Shown piece after piece: positions 9,125 to 19,163 of a stretch of 32,000 bases of DNA; position 1 is the first letter of the stretch, and each line of letters begins with the position of its first letter. The stretch covers positions 2,696,497 through 2,728,496 of the forward strand of contig NC_003902.1 of assembly GCF_000007145.1 (NCBI RefSeq), read 5' to 3'. A model generated the notes under the pieces. That model was not told the origin of the DNA and did no database searches. It saw nothing but the letters and a program-made list of their open reading frames with translations. This DNA comes from Xanthomonas campestris pv. campestris str. ATCC 33913. GTDB taxonomy: Bacteria > Pseudomonadota > Gammaproteobacteria > Xanthomonadales > Xanthomonadaceae. A program made the position numbers and the translations under genes.

Positions 9125-10192
9125 ATGTCCGCCGTCCTTGCCCGCCCCGACCCGACCGATGCCGCCGCGCGCATCCGCACGCTTGCGCGCGAGGCCGGCT
9201 TTCAGCGCTGCGGCATCACCGGCATCGAGCTGGGCGAGGACGAAGCGCACTTGCGCAGCTGGCTGGCCGAAGGCCTGTACGGCACCATGCACTGGATGGC
9301 GCAGCACGGCGACAAGCGCTCACGCCCGCAGGAACTGGTGCCGGGCACCTTGCGGGTGCTGTCGGTGGGCATGGACTACGGCCGCAAGGACGACACCGAG
9401 GCCTGGGACACCTTGCACGACGGCCGCCGCGCGTACGTGGCGCGCTATGCGCTGGGGCGTGACTACCACAAGCTGATGCGCAACCGGCTACAGAAACTGG
9501 CCGAGCGCATCCAGGCCGAGGTCGGGCCGTTCGGCTACCGCGTGTTCGTGGATTCGGCGCCGGTGCTCGAACGCGCCCTCGCCCGCAATGCCGGGCTGGG
9601 TTGGATCGGCAAGCACACCTGCCTGATCGACCGCGGCGGCGGCTCGTGGTTCTTCCTGGGCGAGATCTACCTGGACCTGCCGCTACCCATCGACACGCCG
9701 GCCACTGCGCATTGCGGCACCTGCACGCGCTGCATCGACATCTGCCCGACCCAGGCCATCATCGCGCCGCACCGGCTGGATGCACGCCGCTGCATTGCCT
9801 ATCTCACCATCGAGCACGACGGCGCAATTCCCGAAGACATGCGCAAGCCGATCGGCAACCGCATTTTCGGCTGCGACGACTGCCAGCTGATCTGCCCCTG
9901 GAACAAGTTTGCCCAGCGCACCGACGAGCCGGATTTCCGCGCGCGAAACGATCTGGATGTGGCGACCCTGCCGCAGCTGTTCGCCTGGGACGAGGCCGAG
10001 TTCCTGCGCCGTACCGAAGGCAGCCCGATCCGCCGCAGCGGCCACGAACGCTGGCTGCGCAACATCGCCGTTGGCCTGGGCAATGCCCCCGGCAGCGAAG
10101 ACGTGCTCGCCGCGCTGGAGTCACGGCGCCATGACGACTCCGCCCTGGTGCGCGAGCATGTGGGCTGGGCGCTGGCGCAACACGGCCTGTAG
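9125..10192 (+). CDS. queG: Epoxyqueuosine reductase QueG
   Basis: ATG 9125 lies inside the 646-aa ORF 8252..10192. The translation reads MSAVLARPD...WLAEGLYGTMHWM. The 4Fe-4S clusters CGTCTRCIDICPT and CDDCQLICPWN are present. The gene is divergent from nnr, as yjeS is from yjeF in E. coli. Confidence 0.9.
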   Translation: MSAVLARPDPTDAAARIRTLAREAGFQRCGITGIELGEDEAHLRSWLAEGLYGTMHWMAQHGDKRSRPQELVPGTLRVLSVGMDYGRKDDTEAWDTLHDGRRAYVARYALGRDYHKLMRNRLQKLAERIQAEVGPFGYRVFVDSAPVLERALARNAGLGWIGKHTCLIDRGGGSWFFLGEIYLDLPLPIDTPATAHCGTCTRCIDICPTQAIIAPHRLDARRCIAYLTIEHDGAIPEDMRKPIGNRIFGCDDCQLICPWNKFAQRTDEPDFRARNDLDVATLPQLFAWDEAEFLRRTEGSPIRRSGHERWLRNIAVGLGNAPGSEDVLAALESRRHDDSALVREHVGWALAQHGL

Positions 10193-10309
10193 CTGCGTCA
10201 GCGGAGCGCTGCTGCACGTGGGCGCCGCACTTGCTTCACCGTCCACACCAGATCGTTCGCCGCATCAACCGCTCACGCATTGCGTGCCCCGCTGCGGGAT
10301 AATGCGGCG

Positions 10310-11650
10310 ATGGCCGACCGCACCGAACAGATCCTCACTCCCAGCCAGCTCAACACGCTGGCGCGCGACCTGCTCGAAGGCAGTTTCCCCCTGGTGTGGG
10401 TGGAGGCCGAACTGGGCAATGTGACCCGCCCCGCCTCCGGCCATCTGTATTTCACGCTCAAGGATGCGCGTGCACAGATCCGCTGCGCGATGTTCAAGCC
10501 CAAGAGCACCTGGCTGAAGTTCCAGCCGCGCGAGGGGCTGCGCGTGCTCGCGCGCGGGCGCCTCACCTTGTACGAGGCACGTGGCGATTACCAGCTGGTG
10601 CTGGACCACATGGAAGAAGCCGGCGAAGGCGCGTTGCGGCGCGCGTTCGAGGAACTGCGCGCGCGGCTGGCAGCCGAGGGCGTGTTCGACGCAGAGCGCA
10701 AGCAGCCGCTGCCCGCGCATGTGCGCCGCCTGGCGGTGATCACCTCGCCCAGCGGTGCGGCCGTGCGCGACGTGCTCAGCGTGCTGGCGCGCCGCTTCCC
10801 GCTGCTGGAGGTGGATATTTTGCCGTCGCTGGTACAAGGCGACAGCGCGGCCGCGCAGATCACTTCGCTGCTGCAACGCGCCGATGCCTCCGGCCGCTAC
10901 GACGTCATCTTGATCACTCGCGGTGGCGGTTCGCTGGAAGACCTGTGGGCGTTCAACGACGAGCGCCTGGCGCGGGCGATCGCCGCAGCACACACGCCCG
11001 TGGTGTCGGCGGTCGGTCACGAGACCGATGTCAGCCTGAGCGACTTCGCCGCCGATGTGCGCGCCCCCACGCCCTCGGTCGCCGCCGAGTTGCTGGTGCC
11101 CGATCAACGCGAACTGGTGGCACGTGTGCGGCGCGCGCAGGCCCGGCTCAGCCAGCTGCAGCAGCACACGCTTGGCCAGGCGATGCAACACGCGGACCGG
11201 CTGGCGCTACGCCTGCGCGCGCGCAGCCCGCAGGCACGCCTGCAGCTGCTGCAACGCCGCCAGGAAGACGCCGCGCGGCATCTGCGTGCGCGCATGCAGC
11301 ATATCCTGGAGCGGCTACAGGCACGTGTGCAGCGCGCGCAGGCCGGTGTGCAGTCACACAGCCCGCAGCGCCACCTGGCACCCCTGCAGCAACGCCTGCG
11401 CGCTGCACATCCGCAAGCGGCAATGCAGCGGCGCCTGCAACAGGATCACCTGCATCTGCGCGGCCTGGTGCGTTCGCTGGAAGCCGTCAGCCCGCTGGCC
11501 ACGGTGGCACGCGGCTATGCCATCGTCACCCGCCAGGCCGATGGCAGCGTGGTGCGCAGTGCCGCCGAACTGACCCAGGGTGATCGCCTGCGCGCACAAC
11601 TGGCCGATGGCAGCGTGACGGTGGTGGTCGACACCAGCGAGACCGGCTGA
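10310..11650 (+). CDS. xseA: Exodeoxyribonuclease VII large subunit
   Basis: ATG 10310 gives [54 protein letters not shown], the OB-fold N-terminus. This is followed by [27 protein letters not shown] and a Q/R/L-rich coiled-coil tail. Confidence 0.9.
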   Translation: MADRTEQILTPSQLNTLARDLLEGSFPLVWVEAELGNVTRPASGHLYFTLKDARAQIRCAMFKPKSTWLKFQPREGLRVLARGRLTLYEARGDYQLVLDHMEEAGEGALRRAFEELRARLAAEGVFDAERKQPLPAHVRRLAVITSPSGAAVRDVLSVLARRFPLLEVDILPSLVQGDSAAAQITSLLQRADASGRYDVILITRGGGSLEDLWAFNDERLARAIAAAHTPVVSAVGHETDVSLSDFAADVRAPTPSVAAELLVPDQRELVARVRRAQARLSQLQQHTLGQAMQHADRLALRLRARSPQARLQLLQRRQEDAARHLRARMQHILERLQARVQRAQAGVQSHSPQRHLAPLQQRLRAAHPQAAMQRRLQQDHLHLRGLVRSLEAVSPLATVARGYAIVTRQADGSVVRSAAELTQGDRLRAQLADGSVTVVVDTSETG

Positions 11651-11698
11651 CGCGCTCATCCAGGCACGCTGTGCAACCTGCCTGCCGCTGCGCGGGCG

Positions 11699-12946
11699 TC
11701 ACGCATGCCCAGGCAGTTGCGCTGCGCGCTGCCAGCCCTGCAGCAGGATGTCGGCCAGCGCACCCGGGTCACGGTCGAAGTGGTGGCCGCCAGGACGTGC
11801 AATGACCTCTACGCCGCGCGCGCGCAGCTCCGGGCACAAGGTGTCCTTCTCCTGTTCGCCATAAATGCATTGCAGCCGATGCGCATCGAGCGCCTGCAGC
11901 GCGGGGGCGATCGGGCGCTCGGCCTCGTTGTGCCAGCCCAGCCAACCGCCCACCCGCACCTTGAAGTCGGCCTGATGGGCCAGGCCCAGCAAGCCGACAA
12001 ACTGCACCGCATCGCGGCGCGCCGCCGGCAGTTCGGGAAATGCGAACGGCAACACATCCGCACCGAACGAATAGCCCACCAAGGCCACGTGATGCGCATG
12101 CCAGCGCTGCTGGTAAGTGGCGATGATCCGGTCCAGATCCACACCCACCTGCTGCGGCGTGCGGCTGCCCCAGAAGTAGCGCAGGCTGTTGAAGCCGACC
12201 ACCGACACGCCCTGTTGCTGCAGGCGTGCAGCAATGCCTTTGTCCATCTCGCGCCAGCCGCCGTCGCCGGAGAGCAGCACGACCAGACGATCGCTGCCGG
12301 GCGCGTGCAGTTCCACCAGCGGCAGGTCGGCCAAGCCCTGCGCCTGTGCGGTTTGCAAATGGCCGCGCGTGGCGGCGGCGATCTGTGCCGGGCTGGCATC
12401 TTCCACCTGGGCATCCAGGAAGCCCTGGTTTGGGTCGGGCACGTCGTGCAGGCACGCCAACCCGGTGTCGGTGGCGTCGCCATCGGCCACCACGACGCCG
12501 CCGAGCACATCCGGCGCAGCGTTGGCGACCGCCTGACGCGCCAGCAGCGCGCCATCGCCCTGCCCGACCAGCACCGGCGGCAGGAAGGCATCCACGTGCT
12601 CGGCGCGCAGCAATTTCTTGCCGAGCCGCTCGGCGTCGTCGGCGAGCGCACTGCAGGCAGCATGCCGGCTGCGCGCACGGGTACGGTACCGCGCGGTGTC
12701 GACCACCGCGACCAGCGCGCCATCGTCGCTGAGCAGGTCGGCTAGTTGCTGCCCCTGCTCGGCGTGTGCGCTGTCCGGCAGCAGCACCACCATCGCCTTG
12801 GGCGTACCTTCCGGGCGCACCACTTCCACCGCGCCGTAGTTGCCGGCGGTGTTGCCGTCCTGCAAATGCCGGGCAACGGCATAGCCGCTGCCTGCAATGA
12901 ACAGCAGCGCCACGATCCAGCGAAACAGTTTGATACCCCAGGTCAT
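11699..12946 (-). CDS. AcvB/VirJ family alpha/beta hydrolase (putative lysyl-phosphatidylglycerol hydrolase)
   Basis: It has an N-terminal TM/signal segment. The VirJ-type block LVVLLSGDGGWREMDKGIAARLQQQGVSVVGFNSLRYFW is followed by the nucleophile elbow GYSFGAD. Confidence 0.8.
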   Translation of the reverse strand: MTWGIKLFRWIVALLFIAGSGYAVARHLQDGNTAGNYGAVEVVRPEGTPKAMVVLLPDSAHAEQGQQLADLLSDDGALVAVVDTARYRTRARSRHAACSALADDAERLGKKLLRAEHVDAFLPPVLVGQGDGALLARQAVANAAPDVLGGVVVADGDATDTGLACLHDVPDPNQGFLDAQVEDASPAQIAAATRGHLQTAQAQGLADLPLVELHAPGSDRLVVLLSGDGGWREMDKGIAARLQQQGVSVVGFNSLRYFWGSRTPQQVGVDLDRIIATYQQRWHAHHVALVGYSFGADVLPFAFPELPAARRDAVQFVGLLGLAHQADFKVRVGGWLGWHNEAERPIAPALQALDAHRLQCIYGEQEKDTLCPELRARGVEVIARPGGHHFDRDPGALADILLQGWQRAAQLPGHA

Positions 12947-13052
12947 CGCGGCGGTCCTTGAAAACGCTGCGGCTTGGACCGGCGCAGGCCGCGCCCGGTT
13001 CCATCCATGCAGTGGCGCCGTTTTGCGTGGTTAAGCCTGCCGCCGCGCCGGC

Positions 13053-14936
13053 CTAGATGCCGCGTGCCAGGCGGAAGCCGATGCGCGCACTGGTGGTGTC
13101 GGACTCTTGCGACAGCCGCCAGGCCGCGCGTGTCTGCAGCGGCGAATTGGCCCAGCTGCCACCACGTACCAGGCGCTGCCGGCAACCGGGGTTGAACCAC
13201 GCGGCGCCGTCGGCCGGTGCGCGCCGGTAGCTGGCGTGCCAGCAATCGGCCACCCACTCGCTCAGGTTGCCGCCCATGTCGTGCAGGCCCCAAGCATTGA
13301 CGCGGAAACTGCCCACCGGCGCCGGCCCCCAGAAGCCATCGCCATAGCCGACAAAGCCGTTGTTCCAGTGCCGCCCGCTGCGCGAGACGTCGTTGCCGCC
13401 GGTGAAGTTGCCCGCATCAGGCGGCGGCACGCCCGGGTTACCCCACGGATAGCGGCCGGTGGTGCCGGCACGCAGCGCGTATTCGAACTCTGCTTCGCTG
13501 GGCAGGTGGTAGTGGCGGCCGGTCTGTTCGGACAGCCACGTCGCATAGGCCTCGGCGTCGCGGATGCTCACGTGCATCACCGGGCTGTTGGGGGCGGCCT
13601 GCGCGCCGTTGTAATCCGATTGCCAGTCCACCCCGCTGCGGCGAATAAAGTTGCCGCTGCGCTCGTCGTAGACCACCGAATGGCCGCGCCGGGTTGCGCG
13701 CGGCCGCGCCTTGGTCGCTTCCACGAATTGGCGGAATTCGGCCAAGGTGACTTCGGTGATGGACATCGCGAACCCGCGCGCAAAGCGCACGTAATGCGCC
13801 GGGCGTTCGTTGTCCGATGCGCCCGGCTCGTAGTCGCCTGCGCCCATGCGGAACGCACCATGCGGCACCACGATCATCTGCGGGCCGCGGCCACCGACCT
13901 TCAGGCCATCGGTGAACACCTGGCCGGGACGAAAACTGCCGTAGTGCGTGGCCAGTTCCAGCCGCCGCCGCAAATCGCCGGCCACCGGGTCGCCGGGATC
14001 GGCAATGCGCAGCACCTCGGCCAGTTTCTCGCCGGCCGGCTTGAGCCCGCGCGGGGTGGTCAGGTCACGCAGGCCGGCATCGCGCAGCGCGGCGATCTGC
14101 GCGCGCCGCATGCGCTCGATACGCGCACGTGCATCGGCAATGGTCGGGGCGCGCTCGCGCACCTGGCCGGCCATCTGCAGCCAGTAGCGCGCCGCCACGA
14201 AGTTGGCCGTCTCGGCGGCCTGTTCGGCACGCCGCAGCAAGGCGCTTTCCACTGCGGCCAGGCCCTGGCGTGTGCGGGGGTTGTCCGGGTCCAGCTGGGC
14301 GGCATCGCGGAAGTTCACCAGCGCGCCGTTGCCGTCTTCGCCCAGACGCCCGTTGCGCAGATCGTCCTCGCCGGCGCGATTGAAGCCGAGCACGCGCTGG
14401 GCCGTTTCCACCTCGAGCTGCAGCGCGCGCACCTTGGGATCTTCCGGCGCCAGGGCCAGCGCCACGATCGCCAGTTCGCGCGCCTGCTCCAGTGCGTTGT
14501 CCTGACGGTCGGTCTGCTCGACCAGCGCATGGCCGCGCTCAAGCAGACGCCGCCGCGCCTGCTCCAGGCCACGTCGGCTGACCGCATCCTTGCCCTCGCT
14601 GCGTTGCTGAATTGCCAGATACAGCGGAATGGCATCGTCGGCGCTGCGGTAGAGGCGATCTTCCTTCAACGCCTCGGCAGCGCGCTGGCGCACTTGCGCC
14701 AGCGGCGTCTCGCCGAGGTCCACCGGTGGTGGCTGCCATTGCGCAACGGTTTCGGCGGATTCTTCGCCACCGATGGACACGCGCGGTGCGGTAGCCGGCG
14801 CTGCGCTGGCAGTAGCAGCCACGCGCGGCTTGGTAACCGCCGCGGGCGTAGGTGTCGGCTCGCGCGAGCACGCGCCGGCACAGAGCGCGACCAGCGCCCA
14901 TGCTGCGATCCGATTGCCGCACTGACCCACACCCAC
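13053..14936 (-). CDS. Formylglycine-generating-enzyme (SUMF1/FGE) domain lipoprotein with long helical N-terminal extension
   Basis: The C-terminal 270 aa carry the FGE-sulfatase signature: GAFRMG...ERPAHYV...EAEFEYALRAG...WGLHDMGGNLSEWVADCW...RLVRGGSW...RIGFRLARG. The N-terminus AAWALVALCAGAC is signal/lipobox-like. The start is GTG 14936, or GTG 14930 behind an AAGGAG. Confidence 0.8.
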   Translation of the reverse strand: MGVGQCGNRIAAWALVALCAGACSREPTPTPAAVTKPRVAATASAAPATAPRVSIGGEESAETVAQWQPPPVDLGETPLAQVRQRAAEALKEDRLYRSADDAIPLYLAIQQRSEGKDAVSRRGLEQARRRLLERGHALVEQTDRQDNALEQARELAIVALALAPEDPKVRALQLEVETAQRVLGFNRAGEDDLRNGRLGEDGNGALVNFRDAAQLDPDNPRTRQGLAAVESALLRRAEQAAETANFVAARYWLQMAGQVRERAPTIADARARIERMRRAQIAALRDAGLRDLTTPRGLKPAGEKLAEVLRIADPGDPVAGDLRRRLELATHYGSFRPGQVFTDGLKVGGRGPQMIVVPHGAFRMGAGDYEPGASDNERPAHYVRFARGFAMSITEVTLAEFRQFVEATKARPRATRRGHSVVYDERSGNFIRRSGVDWQSDYNGAQAAPNSPVMHVSIRDAEAYATWLSEQTGRHYHLPSEAEFEYALRAGTTGRYPWGNPGVPPPDAGNFTGGNDVSRSGRHWNNGFVGYGDGFWGPAPVGSFRVNAWGLHDMGGNLSEWVADCWHASYRRAPADGAAWFNPGCRQRLVRGGSWANSPLQTRAAWRLSQESDTTSARIGFRLARGI

Positions 14937-15027
14937 TCCTTGCCCGGCACTGCCCCTTCGGCAGGCGATCGCGACGTTAGGCTATTCTGCGCGCTCTACG
15001 CAAACCCTTGCTGTCGACGGAAATCAC

Positions 15028-16116
15028 GTGCCCCATTGGATCACCCACCCCTCCGAATTGACCGAACGCCTGCAATTGCGTCCGTCCCGCATTGGCCTGG
15101 ATACCGAATTCATTCGCGAGCGCACCTATTGGCCGCAACTGGCGCTGGTGCAGATGGCGATCGGTGAGGAGATCCTGCTGATCGACCCGTTGATTCCGGG
15201 CATGACCGATGCACTGAAGGACTGGCTGATCGCGCCGGACATCGTCAAGGTGATGCACAGCGCCAGCGAAGATCTGGTCACCTTCAAGTGTGCCTGCGGC
15301 GTGCTGCCGCGGCCGTTGTTCGACACCCAGATCGCGGCCGCACTGGCCGGCGTCGGTGGCGGCATGGGCTATCAGAAACTGGTGCAGGAAGTCACCGGCA
15401 CCCTGCTCACCAAGGGCGAGACCCGCTCGGACTGGATGCGCCGCCCGCTCTCGCCCGCACAGCTGGAATACGCTGCCGACGACGTGCGCTACCTGTTTGC
15501 CATCCACGACGCGCTCACCGCCAAGCTGACCGCGCAAGACCGCCTGGGCTGGCTGGCCGAAGATGGCGAGCGCTTGCTCGGCACGGTGGAGCACGACGAT
15601 GGCGACCGTTGGCCGCACGTGAGCCTGCGCACCGCACAGTTTCTGGAACCGGCCGCACAGCGCCGCCTGCTGCGCCTGTTGCGCTGGCGCGACCTGCAGG
15701 CACGGCAGAGCGATCGTCCACGCAGCTGGATCCTGGACAACGAACTGGCCAGCCAGCTGGCGCGCTTCCCGCCAGCGGATCTGGACGCACTGATGCGCCA
15801 GTTCGACAAATTTCCCAAGGCACCGCGCAAGCTCGCCAACGCGGTCTGGGAGGCGCTCAACACGCCCTTGCCCGACGAAGACCACGCTCCGCTGGCGCAG
15901 GCCTCCACCGATGGCAACAAGGCCACGCTCAAGCGCCTGCAGGATGCAGTGGCGCAGCGCAGCCGCGAGCTCGAACTGCCGGACGGCATCCTTGCCTCGC
16001 GCCGCCATCTGGAAACCCTGATCGAGCAGCGCAGCTGGCCGGCCGCGCTCGGGCAGTGGCGACGCGACGCATTGGAAGCAGATCTGCTGCCGCTGCTGGA
16101 TGCGGCAACGCCCTGA
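15028..16116 (+). CDS. rnd: Ribonuclease D
   Basis: The start is GTG 15028. The DEDD exonuclease block reads IGLDTEFIRERTYWPQLALVQMA...KVMHSASEDL...QLEYAADDVRYL. An HRDC-like C-terminal part follows. Confidence 0.9.
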   Translation: MPHWITHPSELTERLQLRPSRIGLDTEFIRERTYWPQLALVQMAIGEEILLIDPLIPGMTDALKDWLIAPDIVKVMHSASEDLVTFKCACGVLPRPLFDTQIAAALAGVGGGMGYQKLVQEVTGTLLTKGETRSDWMRRPLSPAQLEYAADDVRYLFAIHDALTAKLTAQDRLGWLAEDGERLLGTVEHDDGDRWPHVSLRTAQFLEPAAQRRLLRLLRWRDLQARQSDRPRSWILDNELASQLARFPPADLDALMRQFDKFPKAPRKLANAVWEALNTPLPDEDHAPLAQASTDGNKATLKRLQDAVAQRSRELELPDGILASRRHLETLIEQRSWPAALGQWRRDALEADLLPLLDAATP

Positions 16117-16204
16117 GCGGCGTGTTGCGCACGTTTGCCGCGTGACTGCGGCGGCGTGCGGCAACAACGCATCCGGCGTGCTTGTGTGAGAGGCAGTACG
16201 TGCC

Positions 16205-18754
16205 TCAGCCCTGGTCCGCCCAGCGCGCCAGGTTCTGTTGAATCTGCGCGATGTCTGCCCAAGGGTCCTTGCGGCGGCGACGCAACTTGTCTGGGACATC
16301 GCGCAGGGTGAAGGCGTTGGCGCGATGTAGCTTGGCCAAATCTGACCACGGCAGCGGCAATGCCACCGGTGCGCCCGGGCGGCCGCGCAGCGAGTACGAC
16401 GCCACTGCGGTGGCCCCACGCCCGTTGCGCAGATAATCGACAAAGATGCGTTTGTTGCGGAAGCGCTTGGTTGCCGTCGCCACAAAGCGGTCCGGCTCGG
16501 ATTGCGCCAATGCGTCGGCAAAGCCTTTGGCAAAGCGCTTGGTCAACTCCCAATCGCAGCCCGGATTCAAGGGCACCACCACGTGCAGGCCCTTGCCACC
16601 GGAGACGCGCAGAAACGATTCCAGCTCCAGCTGCGCCAGCAGCTTGCGGATATCGGTGGCGGCCCGTTTGACCTCGGCAAATGGCACATCCGGGCCCGGA
16701 TCCAGATCGAACACCACGCGATCGGCCATGTCCGGCCGCGCGGCATGCGAGCCCCAGGGGTGGAATTCCAGCGCATTGAACTGCACCAGTTCCAGCAGCC
16801 CGGGCGCATCTTCGACCACCAGATAGTAGGCATTGCTGCCGGTCTCTTCCTTCAACCGCACCGAGCTCACCCGCTCCAGCCCGGCGGTGTGATGCTTCTG
16901 GAAGAAACACGGCTTTTCCGCGCCATTGGGGCAACGGATGATCGACAACGGCCGCCCCACGATCTCTGGCAGCAGGTGATCCATCACCGCGTGGTAGTAG
17001 TCCCAGACATCGCCCTTGGTGGCGCGGATGTCCGGGTAGATCAGCTTGGTCGGGCTGGACAACGTGGGCTCGCCCTGCGCGGGCGCTTGCTTGTTTGCAC
17101 GCTTGCGCCCGCGTGCTGGAGTGTCGGCCACGTCGGCCTGCGCGGGACTGACATCCCCCATATCGCTGTCGGCCAGGTCGGCGATGTCCTTGTCCAGACG
17201 CACCGCCTTGAGCGAGGCCTGGCGCAACAGCTGCTGCCCCCCGATGCCGCGATAGAACACCTCCACCACGAACCGCGGCGCGAACCAGGTGGCGCCACGC
17301 AGATCGGTGTCCTCGGTGGGGATATGCGCGGTGGGCCGCTTGCCGCCCCCGTGCAGGTGCTGGGTCACCTCCTGCATCAACGTATCAGAAAAGCCCGAAC
17401 CAACCCGCCCCACATACAACCAGCCGTGCTGCGGGTCCGGCGTGGCCAGCAGCAGCGAGCCGAAGCCGGTACGGCTGCCCTTGGGCGCGGTATAGCCGAC
17501 GACCGCGTATTCCTGGCTGGCCAGTTGCTTGGTCTTGCGCCAATCATCGCTGCGACCGCCGCGGTACGGCCGGTCGGCACGCTTGGAAATGATGCCTTCG
17601 AAGTGCTGCTCGCCGGCGACCCGGAACGCCTCCAGCCCATCGCCCTCCACATGCGAGCTGTAGGCCAGATGGCCGGCCGGCGCATTCGCCAGGATCTGCT
17701 GCAAGAGCTGCTTGCGTTCGCGCAGCGGCGCCTCGCTGATCTCCACGCCATCGATGTGCAGCAGGTCGAACACCGCCAGCGCCAGCGGCACCTGGCGTTC
17801 GCCCGACAAGGTCGCCTGCAGCAGGTTGAAATCCTCCTTGGTGCCACGCCCGGCGATCAGCTCGCCATCCAGCCGTGCCGAGCGCAGGTTGAGCGCCTGG
17901 ATCGCATCGCGGATATCGGGAATCTTGTCGGTCCATTCCAGCGCATTGCGCGACCACAGCCGTACCTGACCATCGGTCACCGTGGCCAGGATGCGATAAC
18001 CGTCCCACTTGATTTCATGCACCCATTGCGCCCCTTCCGGCGGCGCCTGCCCGAGCTTGGCCAGCTGCGGTGCGAACGCGGCATCGTCGATGTCGCCGCG
18101 CCGCGCGTGCGTGAGTTTCAACGCGGCGTTGGTCCAGGCGTTACGTGCGCGCGCCCGGGGCACAGGCACGGTGGTGAGTGCCTTGCGTTGGGCCTTGCCG
18201 GCACCGGCGCGACGTACATCTTCTGCTGGCGCCGCAGCCACATCGGCCAGCAGATCGTCGGCTTCCAGCGTGCCGGCATAGGCGTCGTCCTCCTTGAACA
18301 GCAACCACTGCGGCTGGCGGGCCGGCTTGCTCGAGCGCACCAGGTGCCAGCCGCCCTTGAGCTTGCTGCCGAACAACTCGAAGCGCAGGTGGCCCTTGGC
18401 CAACTGCGCTTCCGGGTCACCGGCGGTGGCCCAGACCCCATGATCGAACTGAGCCACGTGGCCGCCGCCGTATTCGCCCTTCGGAATCTCGCCTTCGAAA
18501 CTGGCATAGTCCACCGGGTGGTCTTCCACCTCTACCGCCATGCGCTTGACTGCCGGGTCGTAGCTTGGCCCCTTCGGCACCGCCCAGCTCTTGAGCGCAT
18601 CGCCCACCTGCAAGCGGAAATCGTAGTGGCGCCGGCTGGCATGGTGCAGCTGCACCACGAAGATCGCCCGCTGCCCTTGCGGCAGCAACTTGCCTGGCTC
18701 CGGCTCGCGGGTCTTGTCGAAGCTGCGCTTGCGGCGGTATTCACTCAGGCTCAT
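16205..18754 (-). CDS. ligD: Multifunctional NHEJ DNA ligase D (phosphoesterase - ATP-dependent ligase - primase/polymerase), 849 aa
   Basis: ATG 18754 gives MSLSEYRRKRSFDKTREPEP. The PE domain has FVVQLHHASRRHYDFRLQ. Ligase motif I is EIKWDGYR, with the Lys codon at 18010-18008. The C-terminal Pol domain has FDLDPGPD...SGGKGLHVVVPL. The domain order matches Pseudomonas-type LigD. Confidence 0.9.
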   Translation of the reverse strand: MSLSEYRRKRSFDKTREPEPGKLLPQGQRAIFVVQLHHASRRHYDFRLQVGDALKSWAVPKGPSYDPAVKRMAVEVEDHPVDYASFEGEIPKGEYGGGHVAQFDHGVWATAGDPEAQLAKGHLRFELFGSKLKGGWHLVRSSKPARQPQWLLFKEDDAYAGTLEADDLLADVAAAPAEDVRRAGAGKAQRKALTTVPVPRARARNAWTNAALKLTHARRGDIDDAAFAPQLAKLGQAPPEGAQWVHEIKWDGYRILATVTDGQVRLWSRNALEWTDKIPDIRDAIQALNLRSARLDGELIAGRGTKEDFNLLQATLSGERQVPLALAVFDLLHIDGVEISEAPLRERKQLLQQILANAPAGHLAYSSHVEGDGLEAFRVAGEQHFEGIISKRADRPYRGGRSDDWRKTKQLASQEYAVVGYTAPKGSRTGFGSLLLATPDPQHGWLYVGRVGSGFSDTLMQEVTQHLHGGGKRPTAHIPTEDTDLRGATWFAPRFVVEVFYRGIGGQQLLRQASLKAVRLDKDIADLADSDMGDVSPAQADVADTPARGRKRANKQAPAQGEPTLSSPTKLIYPDIRATKGDVWDYYHAVMDHLLPEIVGRPLSIIRCPNGAEKPCFFQKHHTAGLERVSSVRLKEETGSNAYYLVVEDAPGLLELVQFNALEFHPWGSHAARPDMADRVVFDLDPGPDVPFAEVKRAATDIRKLLAQLELESFLRVSGGKGLHVVVPLNPGCDWELTKRFAKGFADALAQSEPDRFVATATKRFRNKRIFVDYLRNGRGATAVASYSLRGRPGAPVALPLPWSDLAKLHRANAFTLRDVPDKLRRRRKDPWADIAQIQQNLARWADQG

Positions 18755-18765
18755 GCAAGCCGGGC

Positions 18766-18942
18766 CTATTTGCCCAGGTGCTGGCGCACCTTGGCGGCCA
18801 CCGGCCCCACCGCATCCACGGCCGCGCGCAGTTCGTCGGCGCTCACGCCAAGGGCCTTGGTCCAATACTGCAGTTCGTAGGCTTCGTGCACATTGATCAG
18901 GTCACGATCCGGCGTGCCGACATTGCGGGTGTCATCACTCAT
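18766..18942 (-). CDS. DUF3606 domain-containing small protein (58 aa)
   Basis: ATG 18942 gives MSDDTRNVGTPDRDLINVHEAYELQYWTKALGVSADELRAAVDAVGPVAAKVRQHL, which fits the DUF3606 pattern as I recall it. Its stop is 11 nt from the ligD ATG on the same strand. Confidence 0.75.
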   Translation of the reverse strand: MSDDTRNVGTPDRDLINVHEAYELQYWTKALGVSADELRAAVDAVGPVAAKVRQHLGK

Positions 18943-19163
18943 GGCATGCTCCTGTATTGTTGCGGTTGGGCCTGCCACCAGACGCGATGCGTCTTGCAGC
19001 AGGCGCAGCACGACAATGCGAAAGCACCCGGCCAGACCCCGTGAACGGCCCGTTTAGCGCATGTGTAAAGCCGTGTCCGTGCAACGACCATCCACGGACC
19101 AGTGCCATAATGGCGCGCGCCCATCGGGCGGTGTCTCCACTCTTATTCCGAGGCCATACCTCT

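Noticed and set aside
10298-10312. GATAAT (10298-10303) ending 6 nt before the xseA ATG, hinting at a leaderless xseA mRNA.
   Set aside because: It is a single hexamer with no convincing -35. An upstream in-frame TTG (10280) also exists, so this is too speculative to list as a feature.
16190-16206. GAGGCA-GTACG-TGCCTC hairpin between rnd and ligD, considered as a bidirectional terminator.
   Set aside because: The stem is only 6 bp, there is no flanking T or A tract, and it overlaps the ligD stop codon. That is insufficient to call.
13107-18880. Very long antisense ORFs: 13107..15167 + (686 aa) and 16502..18880 + (792 aa). The same pattern occurs at 4276..5466 +, 1756..2862 -, 27300..28616 + and 29502..30668 +.
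   Set aside because: Each lies opposite a gene with strong, motif-level homology (FGE protein, ligD, mutL, gumN/DUF1684, lhr). Their translations are R/A/G/P/H/Q-rich low-information sequence typical of stop-poor shadow frames in high-GC DNA.
16117-19163. Search for a Ku gene flanking ligD.
   Set aside because: The neighbours are rnd (convergent) and DUF3606 and H-NS. No ORF on either strand has Ku-like size or sequence, so Ku is not annotated.
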